Part shown: positions 26,985 through 40,213 of the stretch, one piece after another | How positions within the stretch are numbered: position 1 is the stretch's first letter | How the letters are laid out: each line of letters starts with the position of its first letter | Position numbers and translations under genes: made by a program | The notes under the pieces: generated by a model | Seen by the model: only the letters and a program-made list of their open reading frames with translations | What the model was told of the DNA's origin: nothing | Databases searched by the model: none | Origin: Scyliorhinus canicula | Lineage: Eukaryota | Reading direction: 5' to 3' | NCBI RefSeq assembly: GCF_902713615.1 | Contig: NC_052146.1 | Coordinates: forward strand, 23,550,234-23,614,233 | Length of the DNA stretch: 64,000 nucleotides

Positions 26985-27125
26985 GATGACGTGAATAAAG
27001 CGGTGAAGGCAGCAAAAGATGCATTTCGATTTGGATCGCCATGGCGAGTAATGGATGCATCACAACGAGGGGTCCTTATAAATCGCCTAGCTGATCTAAT
27101 TGAACGTGATAGAGCATATTTGGCA
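26985..27125 (+). CDS. ALDH2: Aldehyde dehydrogenase 2-like, exon equivalent to human exon 3 (141 bp): [47 protein letters not shown]
   Basis: ACAG acceptor and GTAAGT donor, phase 0/0; peptide closely matches ALDH2 [47 protein letters not shown]. Confidence 0.93.
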
Positions 27126-28315
27126 GTAAGTTCTCTGTGTAAGAAACTGGCTTTGTTGAACTTTGGAGCCCACTTTACTTTTTCTATTGCTGTAATGTTT
27201 TGCAGAAGCTTTGTCAAAACTCTTTTTATCAGTGTGTTCCCAAATTATGTCCTAAAGTTCCTTCAGGTATATTAACCTCTTTTTTTTTGTCAACGTGGCT
27301 TTTCTGCCCCCCACCCGAAGAGTAAACAGGGAGCCTGTCCTGCTAAACAGTCAGAGGGGAGATTTTCACCCTCAGCTGGGTGGAAAGTCACACCTTAGAG
27401 GTGCCAACACCACTATGGGTTTGAGCAGTGGCCATTGCTGGGACTGGAGGCAGTGCTCAAAACAGATCATCTAATGGAGGCTGGACTCCAGGTACATTTG
27501 GGTATTGGTGGGCCTAGCTGGCAACCTCAGCAAGGGTGAGTTGGGATGGAGGGAGCTGGGGTTGAGGGGGAGAGATGGATGGAGGGGGGTGGAGGTGACT
27601 TTGTGTGGAGGGGTAGGTGGGATGCTTCTGATAGGCCCAGTGGACCCCAAAGGAGGTTCCCATCCACCCCTTGCCCAACAGCAGCCCTTTTGGTAAAAGC
27701 TGCTGAGCTATTCACCTAGCATGGATCTCCTCTGCCACAGGTAAAATAAGAGCAGGAACAGGATGAGGTACTTAAGAAGTCATAATTTATTGGCCATTCA
27801 GCGCCCTCGCAGATCACATGACGCCACCTCTCATTGTGTAATAGGAGGTTGGGGTGGACAGGCCATACGCTGCATTATACAAACCACAACCATTCTGCCT
27901 TTAAAACAAGCGGCAGGGTGGCGTAAAGTTTGTCCCATGTGTAGTGATCATAATGCAGGTGCATGTTATTGCTAGTAAAAATTCTCGCCTGATTTTCAAA
28001 GGAGTAATATGGTTTGGCGATAGCTGAATGATTTTTACTTCCTTGTACCTAGACATGAAGGCGAACCATTATCACTGAGTAACATGGATTGGTTTAATAA
28101 TCTTCTGTTAATCTTACACGCTTTTTTTTAAGCTATACTTTGAAGTCAGTTTGAAATTATAATGTAACTGATTAGTCATTTCTCAAATGCTGGTTAAGGT
28201 TATACGGTTTAACACATTGAAGATTTGTTCTACAACCTGGGCTAAATGTTAAAATAAACTAACATGCATACTTTTCATTTCAATCACTTAAGTTTGTATT
28301 CGGCCCAGTCATATA

Positions 28316-28590
28316 GGGGAACATGGTAGCACAGTGGTTAGAACAGTTGCTTCACATCTCCAGGGTCCCGGGTTCGATTCCCGGCTTGTGTCACTGTCTG
28401 TGCAGAGTCTGCACGTTCACCCCGTGTCTGCGTGGGTTTCCTCTGGGTGCTCTGGTTTCCTCCCACAGTCCAAAAATATGCAGGTTATGTGGATTGGCCA
28501 TTCTAAATTGTCCTTAATTTCCAAAAAGGTTAGGTGGGGTTACTGGGTTATGGGGATAAGTTGGACTGCACTGTAAATTCTCTGATGTAG
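28316..28590 (+). mobile_element. HE1-like SINE with internal deletion
   Basis: Head, B-box, core and truncated tail. Confidence 0.8.
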
Positions 28591-29056
28591 GATGAAATTA
28601 TCTCCTTGATGCTCATAAGATTCTTAAATTGAATGAATTTGGATAGTTTTAATCCTGATCCCAGCTTGGGAACTTCAACAACAGCTTGCATTTATATAGG
28701 ACCTTTAACATCCACGGCACTTCATAGGAGCTTTATCAGATTTACACTGTGGTGGAACGGGTGCACAGAGTTTTGTCAATGAGGTAAGCTTTAAGCATCT
28801 TAAAGGAAGAAATTCCAGAAACTATGGTCCAGCCAGTGGTGGACAGATAAAAATTGGGGATGTGTATGAGACCGCAGAATTGGAGGACTGTAGATATCTT
28901 GGGGAGTTGGGGAGGTACGGCTGGAAAAGAGTATTGAGCTCAAGAGGGCAAATTGAGTTATGCTATCCAGGTGTAAGACAGTGAACCCAGGGATGGATGG
29001 GATGGGATTTAGTGCAAATGCGAGTACAAGCAGCGGAGTTTTTGATGACTTTAAGT

Positions 29057-29150
29057 CAATGTTTTTCAAACTTTTTTTCCCCGGAACCCACTTTTACCGA
29101 CCAGCGGAATTTGGGACCCATGTTCATGATTCACGCTGGCCGACCTTCGC
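29057..29150 (+). mobile_element. hAT (Charlie-type) terminal fragment
   Basis: CAATGTTTTTCAAACTTTTTTTCCCCGGAACCCACTTTTACCGACCAGC matches the reverse complement of the hAT end at 6625-6675. Confidence 0.65.
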
Positions 29151-29284
29151 GACATACCATTATTGCTTAACTTGTTGCAACAGGTGATCCTGCTTGGTCC
29201 TCATGATCTCATTTAGTTGGTCTCACGGTCTCACTTGCTTCGTCGTTCAATGCTGCATTTCTAATAATAATCATCATCTTTATT

Positions 29285-30090
29285 GTCACAAGTAGGCTTC
29301 ATAGAATCATAGGAATCATAGAATTTACAGTGCAGAAGGAGGCCATTCGGCCCATCGAGTCTGCATCGGCCCTTGGAAAGAGCACCCTACTTAAACCCCA
29401 TGTCGCCACCCTATTCCCTTTATCCCCATAACCCAGTAACCCCACCTAACCTTTTTGGAAATTAAGGACAATTTAGAATGGCCAATCCACATAACCTGCA
29501 TATTTTTGGACTGTGGGAGGAAACCGGAGCACCCGGAGGAAACCCACGCAGACACTGGGAGAACATGCAGACTCCGCACAGACAGTGACACAAGCCGGGA
29601 ATCGAACCTAGGACCCTGGAGCTGTAAAGCAAATGTGCTAACCACTGTGCTGCCCACTGCAATGAAGTTACTGTGAAAATCCCCTAGTCGCCACCCTTTG
29701 GCGCCTGTTCAGGTGCACTGAGGGAGAATTCAGAATGTCCAAATCTTTTATATTTATTAATTTAGAGTACCCACACATAAATGGGGAGAATGTGCAAACT
29801 CCAGATGGACAGTGACCCAGGGCCGGCATCAAACCTGGGACCATGGTGCCATGAAGCAACAGTGCTAACCACTTGCGCCACAGTGCAGCCATAAAATGTC
29901 CAAATTACCTAACGGCACGCCTTTCGGGACTTGTGGGAGGAAACCGGATCCGGCACACGGAGGAAACCAACGCAGACACGGGGAGAATGTGCATTCTGCG
30001 CACAGACAGTAACCCAAGCCGGGAATCGAACCTGGGACCCTAGAGCTGTGAAACAACAATGCTAACCACTGTGCCACCATGCTGCCCGCA
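29285..30090 (-). mobile_element. Three nested SINEs: a host SINE containing an HE1-like SINE (~29322-29657) and an A-tailed SINE (29745-29894)
   Basis: Host sequence resumes after each insert; TSD AATGTCCAAAT at 29734-29744 and 29895-29905. Confidence 0.8.
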
Positions 30091-30240
30091 TAGCAATGAA
30101 CTGATGTGGACATTTTATTATTGTAGCGTTGATTTGCCTGTTAATTGGAAACATGGTGGGACCTAGCCCCTAGGGCCCAACAGTGGCTAATTTTTGATCT
30201 GATGATAGTGACTTAATTGTAATTCTATTCTGTTTTTCAG

Positions 30241-30320
30241 TCACTGGAGACATTGGACAATGGGAAACCATACCACATAGCCTTCATGGCAGACCTAAAT
30301 TTGGTTATCAAGTGTCTCAG
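30241..30320 (+). CDS. ALDH2: ALDH2-like exon equivalent to human exon 4 (80 bp): [26 protein letters not shown](R)
   Basis: TTTTTCAG acceptor, GTATGT donor, phase 0/2; [10 protein letters not shown] is typical of ALDH2/ALDH1B1 rather than ALDH1A. Confidence 0.93.
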
Positions 30321-31564
30321 GTATGTGTTGTAAAAAGTCGTTACTCTTTGCCTCATGATCCAGAATGGTCTGAAGCCGTGATGATAAAGAAACCACCAAT
30401 GTCTAACTTGAAGCAATACTGATTTATTGAATCATGATTAAATTAAATAGAGCTATCACTATATTAATAAAGTAAGACCGAGTCTGTTAAACGATAATCT
30501 ATGATTAAGTATTAACTAATGAAGTCCATGTGCTACTTCTCTAATCTAAACTAGTTCTTGAGTTGTGATCTATCTCTCTCCTCTGCTAACACTACCCAAG
30601 ATTCCCTGATCTTTCATATTTATACTGGGAACTGGTGGTGCCCGCTAATGTTTGAATTACACTGAGATGTAAACTTTTACTGTTATGCCTATATACATAT
30701 CATTACACATGCATTACTCTATATACCCTCACCACTTTGTTCTTTGAATTTATATAATAGTGTTGCCTGACTATGTAAAGATTAGTATTCTCCACAAAAT
30801 TTAGTGTTCCATTTTGCTTCATAAGTACTGGACTCTTTTACTAAGTGATTCAGCCACTGATTTGTAAAAATGCTATGTCCTGTTTACGCTAAACATTCTG
30901 CCTTAAATTCTTTTAAAATCAGTTTCTGAGTTACGTTTGAAAATATTGGGCAGAATCTTATCAGCTTACAAGATTCTTGGATGTCAGGATTGCGGATCCC
31001 TACCCCGATGGTGTCTTAAGTCCTGTCTGCCTGTGCAATCTTCCAGAGGCTGCCAATTAAGCTGTCTCCAGGAGGCTTGTCCAGTTGGGGATGGTGGACA
31101 GGCTCTGCAATCAGTGCAGGGCCAATCAGTGCTGAAGGCTGTGGGACGCAGGCAACTCCACAGGAAGAGTTCGGCACTATCGATGTAGGTGAGAGATTGT
31201 GAGGAGGCCTTAAAATGGATGGCTGAATCAGTAAAATTGCTGGGAGGTGGGAACTTGTTAGGTATACAGCCTGACGAGCAACTTACAAGAACTTCCCACT
31301 TCAAAGCTGCCTCCATGTGGATTTCACCAATGGTGTCTAAAAACATTTTGGTTCTAAGAAATTCTTTCATGATTGTATTTTTGGCCTTTGAGGGACAAAT
31401 GGATACTTCGGAAAAAATATACAAAATGTTGCTGTATCAAAAATCACTGATTATTACTGTTTGGGTATTTGAAGGTCATAGCTATTCTAGTATCAGTTTG
31501 ACCTGAGAAAGATAACTGTTTCAAATTTGAACTGCAATATTTGTTTGACACAGTGGAAGTCTTT

Positions 31565-31868
31565 TATAATAATAATAATCTTTATTGTCACAAGTAGGCT
31601 TACATTTACACTGCAATGAAGTTACTGTGAAAAGCCCCTAGTCGACACATGCTGGTGCCTGTTCGGGTACACAGAGGGAGAATTCAGAATGTCTAAAAAA
31701 CCTAACAGCACATTTTGTAGGAGGAAACCGGAGCACCCAGAAGAAACCCATGCAGACACAGGGAGAACGTGCAGACTCTGCACAGACAGTGACCCAGGCT
31801 GGGAATTGAACCTGGGACCCTGGCGCTGTGAAGCTACAGTGTTCCCCACTGTGCTACCATGCCACCCC
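31565..31868 (-). mobile_element. SINE with (ATT)n tail
   Basis: AATAATAATAATCTTTATTGTCACAAGTAGGC...GAATTGAACCTGGGACC...GTGCTACC. Confidence 0.85.
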
Positions 31869-32305
31869 ATAATCTGAGCAGATTATGTCCATTCCATATT
31901 TGCTACAAATAGACTTGCGTTGACTTGGGTATTTTTTGGATTTGAATGTAGTGAGGAATTTGGTAGAGAAGTTACAGAAGCTGTTACAATAGTTAATGAT
32001 GCTGAAAACACAAGAAACATTATTTGGAGGGTGCTGGGCACCACACTTTAAAAAGGATGTCAAGATCCTGACTGCAGACTCCACCTGGACAGGTGAGGCA
32101 GTTTGGTTCCTGTCAGTGTTCAAGGGGCAGTCGCCATTACAGTTGGATGTGGCGTACAGGAGAACACGACCAGCTCAATGCGGGAGAGAAGCTCATTCTA
32201 CAGTTAAATCTCTCACCCGAGCACTGAGGCGAAGCCAAGTCAGTCCACTTTAACCTGCATTTGCTCAGAAAGAACAACGTATTCACTTCTCGATTAATAT
32301 CCTTT

Positions 32306-32665
32306 GGGCAGCACGGTAGCATAGTGGTTCGCACGATTGCTTCACAGCTCCAGTGTCCCAGGTTCGATTCCCGGCTTGGGTCACTGTCTGTGCGGAGTCT
32401 GCACGTTCTCCCCGTGCGTGCGTGGGTTGCCTCAGGGTGCTCCGGTTTCCTCCCACAGTACAATGATGTGCAGGTTAGGTGGATTGGCCATGCTAAATTG
32501 CCCTTAGTGTCCAAAATTGCCCTTAGTGTTGGGTGGGGCTACTGGGTTATGGGGTTGTATAGGGATAGGGTGGAGGTGTGGGCTTGGGTAGGGTGCTCTT
32601 TCCAAGAGTCAGTGCAGACTCGTTGGGCCGAATGGGCTCCTTCTGCACTGTAACTTCTATGATTC
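32306..32665 (+). mobile_element. HE1-like SINE
   Basis: Full head, core and tail. Confidence 0.9.
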
Positions 32666-32730
32666 CCTTGTGTTATATAGATATTATAGATATTATAGAA
32701 TTGTCACAAGCAGGCGTGAATTGTATGTTT

Positions 32731-33070
32731 AAGAACATAGAACAATACAGCACAGCACAGGCCCTTCGGCCCTCGATGTTGTGCCGAGCAATGATCACCC
32801 TACTGAAGCCAACGTATCCACCCTATACCAGTAACCCCCCCCCCCCCCCCCCCACCCAATTAACCTTATTTTCCAGGACACTAAGGGCAATTTAGCATGG
32901 CCAATCCACCTAACCCGCACATCTTTGGACTGTGGGAGGAAACCGGAGCACCCGGAGGAAACCCACGCACACACGGGGAGGACGTGCAGACTCCGCACAG
33001 ACAGTGACCCAGCCGGGAACTGAACTTGGGACCCTGGAGCTGTGAAGCATTTATGCTAACCACCGTGCTG
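32731..33070 (-). mobile_element. SINE with the same head/core but a tail matching the CR1 at 44068-44123
   Basis: Tail matches the CR1 3' end at 50 of 56 positions by manual alignment. Confidence 0.85.
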
Positions 33071-35249
33071 CCCCAGTTTGAGACACTAACTCCAACATGG
33101 TGATATACACTACAGTCTCCGGGATTGAAGATTCTCCTGAAATCACGAGCATTGGAATGGTCAATGGTGCCCAAATAGGTTATAGGGGCAGGTAATATCC
33201 CCTGCTGTATTCCCAGGCAGTAGTTCATCATGAATCTTTTGATGTGGAATTCTACCAGATATGGTGAACACACATTGAAACATTGCAAAGGAGAATCTGG
33301 ATACGGTAATGAAGGTCACAAACCAGGCATCTGGAATCTACCTTTTTCAATGGAAGTGGTCTGTTGAGGTTACTGAAGGCAGCTCCACTAAGAGATGGGT
33401 GCAATTTGGATTTGATGGAAAGGACTATATTAGTTTAGAACCAGGCAATCAATCACATTGCAGTGAAGACTAAAGATAAATGGAATTCTGATCAATCCTA
33501 AGGAATGGAGAGGTAATGTCTGAGACACTATCCTTGGGGGTTTGAATGAACCACGATGGAACCCATCAGATCCAGAAAGAGATTGAAATAAATGCTGGGG
33601 ATGAGGATCAATACTCTGCCAAATTGAACACAGCAGCCTAGCAGAGACCCAAGCTCTATCAGTGGGATTCACCAAGTGTGGCATACACAACAGCTCAAAC
33701 ATCTGACATCCCGGTTCTGGAACCTTCATAATTTACTTCTGATGTCTTCATAATTTACTTCAGATTCAATTGAACAGTGGATCACAAATCCATCAGGTAC
33801 GGATCCTGATTCTTCAATTGAGACTTTCTGAACTCTCATTTCTATCCAGTATCGGCAATGTGACAGCTCTCTCATTCGGAGGGATCTTCAGGGATGGTTT
33901 TTCCCTCGCATTTTCTTATCTTCACCAATTTGGTTGGGTTGAGTGCTTAAACTGAACTTAGTAAATGTATTGAGGATATTTAGCCACATTCTATATTGAT
34001 AAAAACTGGTCTTGCAAACAAGTGTTGACCGTTGCACCTTGACGACAAACCTGGTGTTCTTGTTTAATAAGGGGATTTCTTGATTGATTTAGGGAATCAG
34101 GGGCTATGGGGAGACGGCAGGAAAATTAGGATTAGTAACATATCATCCTTAATCGAATGGTGGAGCAGACTCGACAGGCCGAATGGCCTAATTCTGCTCC
34201 TATGTCTTATTGGTCTTAGTGAGGTTGCAGAAGAGATTTACTGCAGTGATACTTGGAACGAGCAACTTCACTGTGTGGTGAGATGACAAAAACTAGAGTT
34301 GTTGAGTTTGTAAAGCAGAGAAAGTTAAGAGGAGATTTGATAGACTTGTTCAAAATCGTAGCATTTTAATGGAGTAAATACGAAGAATCTGTTTCCAGTG
34401 GCAGAGGTTCAGTAATCTTCCAGACATAATTCCAGAGGTAAAACATCTATTTTACTCAGCAAATTATGGTGATATGCACTGCTGAAAAGCAATGGAAGCG
34501 GGATCAAAAGGGAATTGAATGGAAGAAATTTGCATGACACTGTTTTCCCACACCAGATGGACTAAAGCAGATCAAAAAGACATCTCATCACCACCTTCTC
34601 TAGGATAATTAGTGAAGAGCAAACAAATGCTGACCTTGACAGTAATGCTCCTATTTCATAACCTTTTTCTAAAGAACAGTGGAGTGGTATTAATTGGACA
34701 GCTCTACTAAAGCAGGATAGGCCAATGGGTCTGATTCTGTGTTATATCATTAATTCTATAATATATACTGTAATGTCCTGCAATTTGCAACTTCATCTTT
34801 GCGGTTTATCCACGCAGATGTCTTGTATGGCAGATGCCGTTTGAGGGCCCAAATGTTAGTTTACAATAAGAAAGAAAAACCGCCTGAATCAAAACAAAAG
34901 AGGGAAGGTGTTGTGGCGTATCAAGTAATAGGAAGCGTGTGCATCATCTATCACCGTTTGCACATGGGTATTCCTTGCTGTGAATTAATGCCTGATCACA
35001 GCACAGTATCTGGGCAATCTTTATTCCCATCCAGTTCTGTATGGGAAAATGAGCGAGTCAGAACCAAGTAGTGAATATCCTAGAAAAGTGATGACACTTG
35101 TCCAAAAAGTGACAATATTAGACTGAAAAATGGTGCACATGAATAGTGTCAATATTGTTTTTCTTTATTTGCTTAATTTATTAAAAATAATTTTCATTGC
35201 TTTCAACCCTTGCGTGTCAAATTTTAGGATGGCTGCAATCTATTTAATT

Positions 35250-35960
35250 GACTTCCATTGTAAAGTATGTCCGTCGGACACCAAGCTGTTCCAATACAAC
35301 TACAACACTGGCACCTACCCAGCAATATGGAAAATAGCCAGGTTGTCCTGTACACAGGAAACAGGATAAATCCAACCCAGCCAATTAGTGCTCCATCAGT
35401 CTACTCTTGATCATCAGTAAAGTGATGGAAGGGGTCATTAACAGCAATAACCTTACTGCCGAAAGGGGTCAGCAATAACCTCACTGCCGCTCAATTTGGG
35501 TTCTGCCAGGATCGATCAGCTCCTGACCTCATTGCAGCCTTGGTTCATAGAACGTACCGTGCAAAAGGAGCCATTTAGCCCATCAAGTCTGCTCTGACTC
35601 ACTTAAGTCCTCAATTCCACCCTAATCCCCTAACCCCTCCTAACCTTTTTGGACACTAAGGGCAATTTAGCATGGCCGATCCACCTAACCTGCACGTCTT
35701 TGGACTGTGGGAGGAAACCAGAGCACCCGGAGGAAACCCACACAGACTCCGCACAAACAGTGGCCCAGCAGGTTCAAAGATGGGCAAACAAGCTGAACTC
35801 CAGAGGTGAGGTGAGAGTGACTGCACTTTACCAATGTACGGCATCGAGGAGCCCTAGCAGAACTGGAGTCCAGTGGGAATCGGGGGAAAAACCCTCTGCT
35901 GGTTGGAGTCACACAGGAAGATGGTTGTTTTGGCTGGAGGTTAATTGTTGTATATGTCCA
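35250..35960 (+). mobile_element. Old CR1/L2-superclade LINE RT fragment interrupted by a truncated minus-strand SINE (~35546-35757)
   Basis: Similar to the LINE family at 55540-56560; SINE core visible. Confidence 0.55.
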
Positions 35961-38900
35961 ATTCAGCTACTTCGACCAGTGTATTAATCAAAAGTTTTCC
36001 AGGTGCCCTCATTTGCGAGATGAACAAAGCACAAAACAGGTTCAATGCCATTTTATTCACAATCTCTCACTCAACAAAGTATGACTCGGACTCACAGCTG
36101 AGCTCTAGGTTTTTTCAAAAAACGTTTTAGTAAGGCTTTTGTAATTTTTTAACAACAATTTTAAATACAAACATAGCACAGTGAATAACAAACCCCCCTG
36201 GGCGAACTTGATCTTCTCAAGCCTGAGAAACCTGGTCATGTCACTAACCCAAACCCCCGATTTCGGGGGTTCCGCATCCCTCCATGCCAATATCCGTCTC
36301 CAGGCTACCAGGGAGGCAAAGGCGAAAACTGCAGCCACTTTTGCCCCCTGGACTCCCGGGTCTTCCGACACTCCAGAAATCGCCACCTCTGGACTCTGAG
36401 CCACCCTTGTCTTTAGTACCGGGGACATGACATCGGCAGATCCTTGCCAGAATCCCCTAAGCTTCGGACATGCCCAAAATATGTGGACTTGATTCGCGGT
36501 CCCTCCCGCTCACCACCCACAGTCAAGGGTGCCCGGTGTACCACCTTAAATTGTATCAGGCTGAGCCTGGCACACAATGAGGACATGTTAACTCTACTCG
36601 GAGCATCCTCCCACAGACCTGCCTCTAGTTCCTTGCCCAACTCAACCTCCCATTTACACTTTACCTCCCCTATCTGGGTTCCCTCCCACTCCATGAGCTC
36701 TGTATACATTTCTGTGACCTTACCCTCCCCCACTCCCGTTTTTGAAACTACCGTATCCTGTATCCCCTGATGCGGTAGAAGCGGAAAGGTCGAGACCTAC
36801 CTCCGTGCAAAGTCCCTCGCCTGAAAATACCGGGACCCATTCCCACCTGGAAGCTCAAAAGGCTCCTCCAAGTCCCCTAACCGCTCAATCCATCGCTGCC
36901 GCCTCCGAAACCCCCATCTAGCCTCCTCAGCACAAACTGGTGGTTCCCACAAATTGGAGTCCATACCGACGCTCCCTCCACTCCCAAGTGTCTCAGCCAC
37001 TGTCACTGTGCCCACATCCTCAAAGCCGCGACTACCATCAAGCTTGTGGAGTACCGAGCTGGCGAGAACGGCAGAAGTGCCATTACCAGTGACCTCAAGC
37101 TTGTACCCTTACATGATGCCACCTCCACCCACTCCCACACCAACCCCACTACCCACTTCCTGATCATAGCTATATTTGTCACCCAATAATAGTTCCTAAA
37201 ATTTGTTCTGGCCAAATCTCTTCCCCTGCCTCCTCGCCTGCATCACAAATACCTCACTCGTACCCATATTCAATTTATACCCCGAAAAGTGGCCAAATTC
37301 CCCTAGGATCCTCGCAATCTCTTCAATCCCCACAGCGGGTCAAATATATATAGGAGTAGGTCATCCGCGTATAACAAGACCCTGTGTCCCCCCACCCCCT
37401 GCCAGTCCTTTGATACTCTCAGCGCCATCACCAGTGACTCTATAGCCAAGGCAAACAGACTTGGGGAGAGTGGACATCCCTGCCTCGTCCCCCGGTGCAG
37501 CCGAAAATATTCCAAGCCCACCCGGTTTGTCTGCATGCTCGCCACCAGTGCCTGGTGCAACAACCGGACCCAGTCCACAAAGCCGCGCACAAATCCAAAC
37601 AACCCCAGGACCTCCCACAGGTATTCCCACTCCACCCAGTCAAAGGCCTTCTCTGCATCCCTACCCTCAGGAGGGCATCATAATCACATTTAAAAGCCTC
37701 CTGATGTTGGCAGTCAACTCCCTCCCTTTTACAAACCCCGTCTGGTCCTCCCCTATCACCCCTAGCACACAGTCCTCTATTCCCGAGGCCAAGATCTTGG
37801 CTAGCAATTTGGCGTCCACATTCAGAAGGGAGATTGGTCTGTATGACCCGTATTGTTCCAGGTCCTTCTCCTGTTTCAAAATCAGGGAAATTGAAGTCTG
37901 TGACATCGTTGGGGGAAGAACACCTTGCTCCCTCGCCTCATTAAACACCCTTTCCAGCAAGGGCCCCAGCACCCCGGAGAACGTCTTGTAAAATTCCACT
38001 GGGTACCCATCCAGCCCCGGGGCCTTGCCTGACTGCACAGCCTCCAGTCCTTCCACCACTTCCAACCGCCCAATTGGGGCCCCTAGATCCTTTTCCCTCG
38101 GAAACTCCAGCCCTTCCAAAAACTGCCTCATCTCCTCCACCCTAACTGGGGGTTCCGACTCGTACAGCCTATTATAAAATTTCCTGAACATCCCATTTAC
38201 TCCCGTTGGGTTCAAGGTCGTGTTTCCCCCCTCTAGCCTTCACTCTTCCTATCTCCCTAGCCACCCCCCATTCCCTAAGCTGGTGTGCTAACATCCTGCT
38301 GGCCTTCTCCCCATATTCATACACTGCCCCTCTCGCTTTTCTCAATTTCCCCACCGCCTGCCCTGTAGATAACAAACCAAACTCCATCTGCGGCTACTGC
38401 CGCTCCTTCAACAGCCCCGCTTCCGGGGCCTCCGAGCATCTCCTGTTGTCTACCTGAAGAATCTCCCTAACCAGCCTGTCCATCTCTGCCTGCTCCACCT
38501 TCTCCCTATGTGCCCATAACAAAATAAACTCCCCTCACCCCCCCCCCCCCCAACTACTGCCTTCAGCGTTTCCCAAACCGTTGCTGCCAAATCCTCCCGT
38601 GTTGTTTATCTCCACATAATTCCGAATACCCTCCCTCACCTGCACACACCACCTCCACCAGCAGTCCTACATCTAATCTCCAATCCGACACTACAATCGC
38701 GAATACTCGGCGTCTACCATCCCCGACAGCAAAGCCCTTTCCAAAACGAAAAAAATCGACCTGTGAGTACACTTTGTGAACATGGGAGAAAAAAGAAAAC
38801 TCCTTTCGATCGCGGTCGCCCAAACCTCCACGGAACCACCCCTCCCATCTGCTCCATAAACCCCTTTAATTCCTTTGCAGCTGCTGACACCCTCCCTGAC

Positions 38901-40213
38901 CTCGAACTCGACCGATCCAGCCTTGGATCCAAAACAGTGTTAAAGTATCCCCCATGATAGCCGATGCGAGTCCAGATCAGGAATCTTCCCCAATACCCAC
39001 CTCATGAACTCCACATCATCCCAGTTTGGTGCGTAGATGTTCACTAATACGACCGGCATCCCCTCCAGCATCCCACTCACCATAACGTACCTATCCCCCG
39101 AGTCCACCACTATGCTTCCCACTTCAAATGACAGCCGCTTATTAATCAGAATCGCTACCCCCCCCCCCCCCCCCTAGTTTTAGAGTCTAGTCCCAAATGG
39201 AATACCTGCTCAACCCACTCCTTCCTCAGCCTAGTCTGATCTACCACACTTAGGTGTGTCTCCTGTAGCATTGCCACATCCGCCTTTAAACACTACAGAT
39301 GGGCCCTCTTGACCGGCCCATTCCGCTCTCTCGCATTCCATGTGATCAGCCTGGTCGGGGGGCACCCCCCCTGCCGATCAACCATAGCCCTTCCTAGGCC
39401 AGCCTCCAGCCCGCACCCTGCACCTCTTCAGGCCTGTCCTCGGACGGTCACCGTCATTGGACCCCCCCCACCTTATAGTCATTCGCCAATCCCTCCCCTG
39501 TCAGCAGATCTACACCTCCCTCTTCCTTCCTCCCCCCCAGCCCCATAACTGTATAACAATCCTAACCCCCATCAACAAACTTATCAGCTGCTCGTCCTCC
39601 ACTGCGCTTCCGCGAGCTAGCCCACCCAGCTAGTCTGGTAGCTACCCCAAGCATCCTACCCCCCAGCTCAACCAACGTAAATAAACAAACATTACAATCC
39701 CCAGCAAACGGAAAGAAGAAAAATCAACCCACCATCCCCCATTAAGAACAAAGAAGTAACAAAGTAAACCGACAGGCAAAACTAAGCAACGGCTCCAAAT
39801 ATAGTGCAAAAACGGTTCATACGAACCAGAAGAAAAGCAGTTTTAACAAAGGTTTTAAAACATAAACACTCGCTCCAACGTTCAATGTCCTTCATCTCCT
39901 GCCAGTCCCTTGTCCCTGACAAAGTTCATCGCCTCCTCTGGCTAAACAAATTAAAGTGTTTGTTCAGCAGAGGGCAGCAGAGCAGAGCTTCTGATTGGCT
40001 GTTCCGGGGAGATTTGCATACGTGCAGTACGGTCAGCGTAAGCTGAAGGTGGTTTGTGAAGGGGCTGTTCTCGAGTGACAGCTTTACCCGAAACACTACT
40101 TACGTTGTGGGTCCCACCCATCCTCCTCCTCTAACCAAAAAAAAGTTCTGTCCGTTGGATTGCTAAACTAACAAGTTTTTTTTTTAGTTTTCAGTAGTTG
40201 GGAAGTTAGTTCA

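Noticed and set aside
26898-27275. 125-aa ORF as a stand-alone gene
   Set aside because: It is ALDH2 exon 3 read through into flanking intron; splice sites delimit 26985-27125.
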